Below are positions 11,109-19,852 of a stretch of DNA of 19,852 bases, piece after piece. Each line of letters begins with the position of its first letter. Within the stretch, counting starts at the first letter, position 1. Position numbers and translations under genes: made by a program. The notes beneath the pieces are model-generated. The model was not told where the DNA came from. It searched no databases and was given only the letters and a program-made list of their open reading frames with translations. The stretch comes from Octopus sinensis (Eukaryota), in NCBI RefSeq assembly GCF_006345805.1, contig NW_021824243.1:1-19852 (forward strand). Direction: 5' to 3'.

Positions 11109-11899
11109 TTTATACCTGTAACTATTAGGGTCCTGGGATTTGTAACACACTGCCTAAATACCAATCTTGAAAAATTAGGCTTCTCAAAACCAGAAAGGAG
11201 AAAAAGCTAATTCGAAGACTACAGATCCAATCCATCACTGGAACTGTAAAAATCTGTAAAACTTTCCAGAAGTTTATCATTTAAATATATATGAGCATGT
11301 CTAGATATGCAACTAGAAGCATGAGAATACATACATACATACTACACACATACATACATACATACATACATACATACATACATACATACATACATACATA
11401 CATACATACATACATACATACTACACACATACATACATACATACATACATACATACATACATACATACATACATACATACATACATACATACATACATTA
11501 TACACACATACATACATACATGATAGCTGCCCCCTCGTTATTGGGTATGGTCATTGCACGAAGCTTAACTGTTATTGGTGCTGTGATCGAATGTGACTTT
11601 TTAGCCCAGCTAAAGATCTGCAATGTTTTGTACAGAATTGGCAACTAAAAACTTTACCGGTAATAGACGACTGTAGTTGCAACTGGGCTTCATGTACCTT
11701 TGCATGTCGTTTAAGTCCTCCTGCCGAATTACACTCTCTTCCACATTCCCGACAGATATGATAAGTATGGTGTGTTACACCACCACCAGTGGCCAAGTTG
11801 TCACTCATCTGTCTCGCTTTATGACTACGAAGATGACTCTTGAGTCCAACATACATACATACATACATACATACATACATACATACATACATACATACA

Positions 11900-11931
<32 letters not shown>

Positions 11932-12030
11932 ACCCTGTTGTTTTGATGTTGAAATTCCAGTGAAGGAAATTTGGATCTGGATTAGAAACCGGTTCTTTCT
12001 TTTTATTTCAAACAATCTGGAAATAAACTG
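11109..12030 (+). mobile_element. Second Dong/R4-type LINE 3' end (ORF C-terminus plus TACA-containing 3'UTR), split by an RTE fragment
   Basis: FIPVTIRVLGFVTHCLNTNLEKLGFSKPERRK/LIRRLQIQSITGTVKICKTFQKFII* (one frameshift, stop 11282-11284). The presumed UTR resumes after 11850 and contains TTAGAAACCGGTTCTTTC at 11982-11999. Confidence 0.75.
11521..11850 (-). mobile_element. RTE-clade LINE 3' end with tandem C2H2-like zinc fingers
   Basis: GLKSHLRSH...CRECGRECNSAGGLKRHAKVH...CQFCTKHCRSLAGLKSHIRSQH* (stop 11572-11574), then a short 3'UTR shared 40/43 with 16094-16136; both ends lie in (TACA)n. Confidence 0.75.
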
Positions 12031-12787
12031 AATGACATACATACTTACAGGGAGAAAGGGAAACATTCTATCCTCATTATACTCGTTAACCTGTGGCATT
12101 TGTTTAAAAGAACTCATTGTTGCTATTTCTTTGGTATAATGGTTCAATCCCCAGGAGGATCCAGCCTACTACATTATACAGCCATGGTCAATCAACCCAG
12201 AAAATGAAAACCCTCCCAACCAGTTCCACTCGGTACCAACAAGTCAATTGAAAATAAAGGAGAAAGGTCATAAGTTTAATTTCATTATTTCTTTCCACGG
12301 TTGGTTTATAAAAATGGCGGCAATTCTCTGAGGCGATCGTCTGCTCCTTCACTTCTCATGGTATTTTCGTATTCACACGTATGTGCTCCTCCTCCTGCAG
12401 AATTTCCACTGGATTCTTTTGTATACAGGAAATACAATTTTTTTAATACTTTATCACATGCTACACACATCTGTACACAGTCATTCACACACACGCATTC
12501 ATATACTCATTCACACGCATACGCAGACACACAGATATACACACGTACTCACACGAGCGCGCTGACTGAACCCTTCTAACTCATTTCATTTTCTGCACTA
12601 ATGTGTGTGTGTGTGTCCGTATCACCGTGCGTGTGTGTGTGTATCCGTATCACCGTGTGCGTGTGTGTGCGTGTGTGCGAGCGCGCACGCGTGTAAATGA
12701 CCATTTTAATCTAATACTGCGTCAGGCGTCTATAACGGATTTTTACAGCAATATATATCTATTTAACAAATAATAAGAGAGCGAACT

Positions 12788-13128
12788 GTGAAGGCGCATA
12801 GTTCAGTGGTTAGAGCGTCGAGCTTACGATCGAGAGGTTGTGAGTTCGAATCCCGGACCGGGCTGCGTGTTGTGTTCTTGAGCAAGACACTTTATTTCAC
12901 GTTGCTCCAGTTCACTCAGCTGTAGAAATGAGTTGCGACGTCACACGTGCCAAGCTGTATCGGCCCCTTTGCCTTTCCCTTGAATAACACTGGTGGCGTG
13001 GAGAGGGGAGGCTGGTATGCATGGGCGACTGCTGGTCTTCCATAAACAACCTTGCCCGGACTTGCGCCTGGGAGGGTAACTTTCTAGGTGCAATCCCATG
13101 GTCATTCATGACCGAAGGGGGTCTCAGC
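12788..13128 (+). mobile_element. tRNA-derived SINE, family C, full length, 13-bp TSD
   Basis: A-box TAGTTCAGTGG 12799-12809, B-box GAGTTCGAATCC 12842-12853; TSD AAGAGAGCGAACT at 12775-12787 and 13129-13141. Confidence 0.93.
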
Positions 13129-13202
13129 AAGAGAGCGAACTATCAAAATATTCCAATACTCAACATGTAGGATCTTGTTAAATATAACCATATTTCCATA
13201 TG

Positions 13203-13556
13203 CTTAACAATACACCCTGCATTGCCACGTGATTAAGAATACTCCGGTTATTGCTACATGTTAAACAACACTCTCAGCATTGCCGCATGTTTAACAATAC
13301 ATTCAACATTGCCACGTGTTTAACAATGTGCCTACCATTGCCACATGTTTTAACAGCTGGCGTTGCTGCATGTTTAACAATACACTTGATATCACCACAT
13401 GTTTGACAATACATTCAACAATTGCAACATGTTCAACAATACATCCAGAATTGCTGCATGCGTAACGATATACTTGACTTTGCCACACATTTATCTATGT
13501 ACCCGTTTAACAATATACCCACCCTTGCTACATGTTTAGAAATATAATCACCATTG
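13203..13556. repeat. Degenerate 29-bp minisatellite, ~12 units
   Basis: Consensus TTTAACAATA-N8-ATTGCYACATG; CATG/CGTG anchors at 13228, 13257, 13286, 13315, 13344, 13369, 13398, 13428 and 13457. Confidence 0.85.
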
Positions 13557-13619
13557 AAATTTAATAATGTGGAGTGCAACTTCAGTGCTGTATTTTTATT
13601 TTGTGTTGGGCTTTTATAG

Positions 13620-13673
13620 AACTCTCTCATTCCCTCTCTCTCTCTCTCTCTTCCCTCTCTCTCTCCTCTCTCT

Positions 13674-13708
<35 letters not shown>

Positions 13709-13842
13709 TTGTATGTGTGTGTCTTTGGAAAAGAGTACGACAATACGTAAAATTCATTGCGATTTGTTTGTGAATGTTTTTGTGTTTGTATATTTATACA
13801 CACACGCACATACATACATATGTATGTATGTTTGTATGTATC

Positions 13843-13876
<34 letters not shown>

Positions 13877-14024
13877 CGTTTGTGTGTCTTCTTAGAGATG
13901 AAGAATTTGTGTAGATTTACTCTGTTCTCACGATTCCATTTTGTGTAGGTTGGCACTAAAAATACTTTTGTTATTCTTTGGTTACTAACTTTATTCCTTA
14001 TAAAATAATGTGTAGGTACATACT

Positions 14025-14056
<32 letters not shown>

Positions 14057-14215
14057 CACACACACACACACACACCCATATATATATATATATATATATA
14101 GAATATAATATTATATATATATATTATCATGCACACACACACATACATACATACATACTTGCATACATATGTACGTACGTACATACAAATTCCACATACA
14201 ACTACACATACACAT
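13620..14215. repeat. Compound (CT)n, (TG)n, (CA)n, (TA)n microsatellites
   Basis: Direct reading. Confidence 0.85.
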
Positions 14216-14262
14216 CTGAAAGCTAATAAAAACGCCTGATGAATTGTGTGTGTGTGGTGTGT

Positions 14263-14377
14263 GTGCCAGGCATGGCTATGTAGTTCAGAAGCTCGCTTCG
14301 CAAACCTGTAATTTCGGGTTCAATCCCACATTGTGGCACCTTGAGCAAGTGTCTTCTACTATAGCCGCAACCCAATC

Positions 14378-14380
<3 letters not shown>
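14263..14380 (+). mobile_element. SINE family A, diverged head fragment
   Basis: GGCATGGCTATGTAG...GGGTTCAATCCCAC..GGCACCTTGAGCAAGTGTCTTCTACTATAGCC. Confidence 0.8.
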
Positions 14381-14595
<215 letters not shown>

Positions 14596-14599
<4 letters not shown>

Positions 14600-15051
14600 C
14601 CCTAACCATAGAACCTTAACCCTAAAACCCTAACCCTAACTCTAAAACCTTAACTCTAACTCTAACCCTAAAACCCTAACACTAACCCTATTCCTAAAAC
14701 CCTAATCCTCACCCTAAAACCCTAACCCTGACCCTAACCCTAAAGCTAAAACCAGTACAAACGCACGAACAATGTCATAAATAACAGCGACAAATGAAAT
14801 ATACACTGCCGGAAGTTCTTGTTGATAAACAACGGCAGTAATTTTATTCAGCTGAATACACGTCATTGATTGGTTGAAATTATCGAAATACGACTACTTT
14901 AACACGAAATAACTTTGAAAATATAAGTTTTTCTCAAAAATGCTAAGAGTAAAAGATGTTTTACATGACACATTCTACCAGTGTCCGAAGTTTGAAAGTG
15001 TTTAGTTACAAAAAAAATATTTCTCGATCTGCCGTCTCAAGGGGAAAATCC
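14596..15051 (+). mobile_element. TAACCC-repeat-bearing non-autonomous element, copy 2 (uninterrupted)
   Basis: ~150 bp of degenerate TAACCC/TAAAACCC, then a body colinear with 2175-2409 and 2680-2750. Confidence 0.7.
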
Positions 15052-15562
15052 AGACGAAAATACTGAACAAGGAGTCAGAATCAATTTCCAAACACAAGAC
15101 ACGGAAGAGTTTAGAGTCTCTGGCTGTGACTCCGGTCTTCACTTGCCGTACATGCAACGTCACGCAGCTGAGCTACCATATCCTGTACCCTAGGCAAAAA
15201 TAACATAAGGAAAAAATGGACGACATGGACAAAACTGGAAAATCTTTGGTTAGAAACTGCACGATCAGATCGGACCTAAGATAATACAACAAATATTATA
15301 ATAATATCAACAGCCGTTAATAAAGGCGATTTATGTAACAATTTTACTTCACGGAATATCAGAATGTCTTTTATTTGAGTGGTTCTAAGCAAGCCATTCA
15401 AGACACTTGAAGAAATTTTAACCGGATGTAGGCAAAGATATTGATCAAGACTTAAAGTGTTGAGTGTGTGTGTGTTTGTGTGTGCGTGCGTGTGTGAGTA
15501 GATTTACGTACATTTTTTGTTGTGCGTATATGTGCGTCTCTCACAGTGTGTGTACGACTGTA

Positions 15563-15628
<66 letters not shown>

Positions 15629-16089
15629 TTGTGTATATACAATACATATGCATTGTGTACGCGTGTGCGTCTATACGCACTACTCACACATATATATACT
15701 CACACAAACATGTTAAAAATGGAGGGGAACTAATTAGTTCGGTTAATTAATGTTTATTTACATTTATAAAGCATTTAGTCTTAAGAGTTACTTTCGTGAT
15801 ATAACCTCAAAAAGTCTAAGTGCGTGCTGTTGTTGTTATTGTGTGTGTGTGTTTGACACATCGTTGTGGGCAACCAAAGCACTGGTGTTATATCAAAATG
15901 CCATCTTGGTCAATCAGTAAAATTAAGAACAAAATTTTAGAAGTAAACAGGACACTGAGGTGTTTATGATAAACATACAACTATCAAAGGCGATGCTTCG
16001 ACATAGCCGCCGTTCAGCGGGTGAAATTATTAATAAAAAGAGAATTTAAAATATAACAGTTATATATAAATATATATATATATTTATAC

Positions 16090-16630
16090 GGTGGCTGCCC
16101 CCTCGTTATCGAGTATGGCCATTGCACGAAGCTTAATCAATGTTGTTATCGTGCAATGCTTGTGCAAGAAGATTTTTTGTTAAAGTGAGGAAAGGCTGTG
16201 CACTGAGTCAATCCCACTCACTAAGCAACAGCAGCCATAATCCGAAAAGAAGAACAAGTCAACATCATCGGTAACCACTGAGCCGCAGGTTTTATGTCGG
16301 AGTTATCCAATTACCTGAGTTACCTTCTCCTAGAAGGATGCCCTAACAAAAGCTAGGAGTCCTTCACCCCAATGGTTTAACCGCGCGATAGGGTATTCAG
16401 TCCAATTATTTCTATGTCCCCGTGCATGATACATCCTGAAGACATTTATTGGATGGCCGTTGACTCTCAAGAGTTCCTCTCCCTTTGACGGGTTTTGTTT
16501 TTCATCCCTCAGGTTGTCCAATAAACAGCTCCTCACCAAGCAAGCTTGGAGGGGTTGCCGTTTAGTCGCCGACGACCCGACCATGCAACAGGTTACATGT
16601 TACCAGTAGCATTCGAAAGTGACCTGACAT
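16090..16630 (-). mobile_element. Non-autonomous RTE derivative (putative 5'UTR fused to the 3' terminus)
   Basis: Terminal 43 nt are 40/43 identical to the RTE tail at 11526-11568. The rest has no RT-like coding and contains TTAGGGCATCCTTCTAGGAGAAGGTAACTC, similar to RTE 5'UTR motifs as I recall them. Confidence 0.55.
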
Positions 16631-16632
16631 AC

Positions 16633-16663
<31 letters not shown>

Positions 16664-16670
16664 AGGCTAA

Positions 16671-16702
16671 GCACTTTATGGGTGCGAAACCATTGGTTAC
16701 TC
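16671..16702 (+). ncRNA. 3' half of a hammerhead-like motif
   Basis: Stem II GCAC/GTGC, GAAAC, palindromic stem III ACCA-T-TGGT, triplet GTT; CTGANGA is absent (abuts (TA)n). Confidence 0.3.
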
Positions 16703-16729
16703 TGTGACCGGCTAATGATTAACTTCCTG

Positions 16730-17160
<431 letters not shown>

Positions 17161-17165
17161 ATATA

Positions 17166-17208
<43 letters not shown>

Positions 17209-17300
17209 GATAAAACTTATCGTTTGTTTTTACTGTCTTGTTCTCACTGTCCTGTTCTTGTTACCACTTTCACTCTCCGCAAAAAATCTTGCGGGAAGGA

Positions 17301-17379
17301 CTGTTTCAAAAAAGTCACGTATTGTCCTTCCCTTCGAAAACGTGGAGTAGATGAAACAGGGACAACTGATGAAGGGGAA
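17301..17379 (+). ncRNA. Hammerhead-like motif with non-canonical (reversed) strand order
   Basis: CACGT-A-TTGTCC | TTCCCTT-C-GAAA-ACGTG | GGACAA-CTGATGA-AGGGGAA. Helix I 6 bp, helix II 7 bp (one G.U), helix III 5 bp, plus CTGTTTCA/TGAAACAG. Confidence 0.55.
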
Positions 17380-17630
17380 TGTTCTTTATGTTGTATGTCT
17401 CGTTTCTCTGTTTGTTTAGTATTTTTTTTTCATTACTCGAAAAAAGGTTCGATTTCTATATTTTGTTTTTATGTTTTCGTTTTCTCATTGTGTCTACGTA
17501 CTCTGATGTCCTGTACCCATATATGCATGTATATATACATATATATGTAGGTATGTACATATAGGTATGTATATATGCATATATCTATATATTATTTATA
17601 TTATTACATATACGTATATATATATATGCA

Positions 17631-18161
17631 TATATTAGCAGAAAAAGGACAACAAAACCAAGGCAAGACAAGTATCTCAAATCATGTAGAATATTCAATT
17701 AGAGTAAGGTAAATATGAGCTAATTAATTAATTAGTTAATTGATTAATTAATTTTGGGATGTCTTACAGCCGTTTCTGGGATACCGCAAGTGATAGGTTA
17801 GCATCACCATACACTGGGTATTCCTTCGTCAGAGACAAGATGAGTATGTATGAAAGTTCTAGATAGGGAACTCATAGTTTATAAAGGAATAAAATAGTCG
17901 AGAGAAGTATAAAGATTAAAACAGTAGATTGAAGAATAAAGAGTAAAACAATAGATAGAAGAATACAGATGGGATATCCAGTGTATGGAGATGCTAACCT
18001 ATCACTTGAGATATCCCGGAAACAACTGTAAGACATCCAATAATTAATTAACTAATTAATTAATCAATTACCTCAAATTCACCTTACTCTAATCAAATAT
18101 TCTAAATCACTTGAGATACTCGTCTTGCCTTGGTTTTTGATGTCCTTTTTCCTCTAATATA
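17631..18161. mobile_element. Foldback: two diverging copies of a Penelope-like terminal repeat
   Basis: ~190-bp inverted arms 17631-17824 and 17971-18161 around a 146-bp spacer; both arms carry HHR parts. Confidence 0.75.
17760..17837 (-). ncRNA. Type I hammerhead ribozyme, near canonical
   Basis: Stem I TGTCT/AGACA, CTGACGA, stem II GGAATACC/GGTATCCC (one mismatch, branched loop), GAAAC, GGCT loop, cleavage triplet GTA. Confidence 0.75.
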
Positions 18162-18171
18162 TACCTGCTAA

Positions 18172-18387
18172 GGCGGCGAGCTGGCAGAAACGTTAGCACG
18201 CCGGGCGAAATGCGTAGCCGTATTTCGTCTGCCGTTACGTTACGAGATCTTCTTTGCCTTTCATCCTTTTAGGGTCGATACATTAAGTACCAGTTACGCT
18301 CTGGGTCGATGTAATCGACTTAATCCGTGTGTCTGTCCGTGTTTGTCCCCTCTATGTTTAGCCCCTTGTGGGTAATAAAAAAAAACA
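18172..18387 (+). mobile_element. SINE family B, full length, 16-bp TSD
   Basis: TSD AATATATACCTGCTAA at 18156-18171 and 18388-18403; small internal deletion of the B-box region relative to 9318-9552. Confidence 0.92.
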
Positions 18388-18555
18388 AATATATACCTGC
18401 TAACTCGGAAGCCTTCTACGGATCCCTAACTGCAGCCTCAGCTGTGAACTTGGAACCTAACAGATGACCAATTAGAGCACTTACACAACGTACCTATCCG
18501 TTTAGATTACCAGTGAAAACTAACTCCCTCATATTCTTTATATATATATATATAT

Positions 18556-18712
18556 GTGCGGACGCATCTGTCGTAAGAAGCTTGCTTCTCAACAATATGA
18601 TTCCAGGTTGAGCCCTACTGCGTGGCACCTTGGGCAAGTGTCTTCTGCTATAGCGTCGGGCCGACCAAAGCCTTGTGAGTGGATTCGTTAGTCAGAAACT
18701 GAAAGAAGCCTG

Positions 18713-18750
<38 letters not shown>

Positions 18751-18968
18751 TTATATATATGTATGTATGTGTGTCTTTGTGTTTCTGTTTGTTCCCCCAT
18801 CACCGCTTGACAACCAGTATTGGAGTATTTATGTCCCCGTAACTTAGCAGTTCGTCAAAAGAATGATAAAATAAGTACTAGGCTTTAAAAAAATGCGGGG
18901 ATCGATTTACTCGACTAAAAAACCATTCAAGATGGCCGCAGTCAAATGACTGAAACACGTAAAAGGAT
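18556..18968 (+). mobile_element. SINE family A, diverged full-length copy
   Basis: Colinear with 991-1414, ending ATGACTGAAACACGTAAAAG. Confidence 0.88.
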
Positions 18969-19359
18969 GAAATATTTACTCATTGTAGTAGCGTGAGAGT
19001 TGTGACTTTCTTGCCTATATCCATGATCTCCCCGATAAAGCCCTGAATATATCCGGGGAGTAAAATAACTTCGTCCAACGAGAGAGGGGGATTCGAAACA
19101 GCGTTGCAGACACTGGCTTCTCCCAGTCTTCCTTTCACGTGAATATAAACAGGTTTAAGTGTGCTTCAGATTATAAGCAATGCCTAATCAGAACGACGAA
19201 TATTTATGGCCTTATCATGTTTGTGCAGCGAGCAGCTGTGTATGATATTCACACAAACCGGACATCAACAATTTTGTAAATGTCCATTGTATAAGAATAT
19301 GAACCTTATCGGAAATGCTTATAATACATCAGCTGTCCTGAGTCAACTTGCTCTTTAAG

Positions 19360-19495
19360 TAGTAGTAGTAGTAGTAAAAGTGGCGGTCGTTTTCGTCGCT
19401 GTCGAGACCATCACTGTCGTCGTGGTAGTGGTTGCAGCAACCACTACCACGATAGTAATTGCTTTTGTTGTTGTTGCTGTTGTTGTTGTTATAAT
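19360..19495. repeat. Mixed GTA/GTC/GTT trinucleotide low-complexity tract
   Basis: Direct reading. Confidence 0.75.
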
Positions 19496-19805
19496 CAACA
19501 GAATACTGAGGGAGAGGGAAGAGAAAGAGGGGGTGCATACGGCTCGAATTATGAGGTCAATGAGATAGTAAGCAGAGAAATAGGGAATGCTTCACAAGGT
19601 TAATTGTAATCTAAGTTAAGGACAGTTTGGTGCTTTTAGTATGAGCAATCGTCATGAGAGTCAACAAATGTATGCGGTCAATCCGGACTGGACTGGACTG
19701 GATAAGAAGCACCGAAAATAGGAAAAAAACTGTGGGGGCGGCTGGCTTAGTGTTACATAGAATATAGATACAAAATGTGATAATGATAATAATAATAATA
19801 ATTTG

Positions 19806-19852
19806 TTTCTTTATTACCCACAAGGGGCTAAACACAGAGGGGACAAACAAGG
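19806..19852 (-). mobile_element. SINE family B 3' tail (runs off the window)
   Basis: TTTCTTTATTACCCACAAGGGGCTAAACACAGAGGGGACAAA matches 9320-9360; adjoins (ATA)n. Confidence 0.85.

Noticed and set aside
11572-12147. 191-aa ORF as a host C2H2 zinc-finger gene
   Set aside because: It is a chimera of unique DNA, a LINE UTR, (TACA)n and an RTE 3' end followed by an RTE-type tail.
12049-12165. Possible 117-bp minus-strand exon (AGSSWGLNHY...MFPFLP) with TAG/GTAAGT
   Set aside because: Weak acceptor; the donor lies in the TACA-like tail of a LINE; peptide unrecognised.
12793-12863. tRNA gene
   Set aside because: Acceptor and anticodon stems do not pair; it is the head of a TSD-flanked SINE.
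13203-13556. CRISPR array
   Set aside because: Variable parts are only 8 nt, repeats are degenerate, the context is eukaryotic and there are no cas genes.
16555-16632. HDV-like ribozyme at the 5' end of the RTE derivative
   Set aside because: Two small hairpins and GACTAA are present, but I could not build P1/P2/P3; an RNArobo or Infernal search on the family consensus would settle it.

Overview
Repeat-saturated eukaryotic non-coding DNA with no confidently supported host gene. The SINE and LINE families present look like those of an octopus (coleoid cephalopod); this is an inference from recalled family sequences. Most ORFs in the track are microsatellite artefacts. The real coding remnants are all transposon fragments: mariner C-terminus, Dong/R4-type RLE LINE, Penelope GIY-YIG, a probable Tx1/L1 C-terminus and RTE zinc fingers. 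Three tRNA-headed SINE families are present, three copies with clear target-site duplications (TSDs). The most striking hidden signal is a set of about 9 hammerhead-ribozyme (HHR)-like motifs in short, often (TA)n-flanked, Penelope-like units. These include a near-canonical type I HHR inside a 530-bp foldback (17760-17837, minus) and a motif at 17301-17379 that has the HHR core and all three helices, but with its strands in a reversed, pseudoknotted order matching none of types I/II/III.
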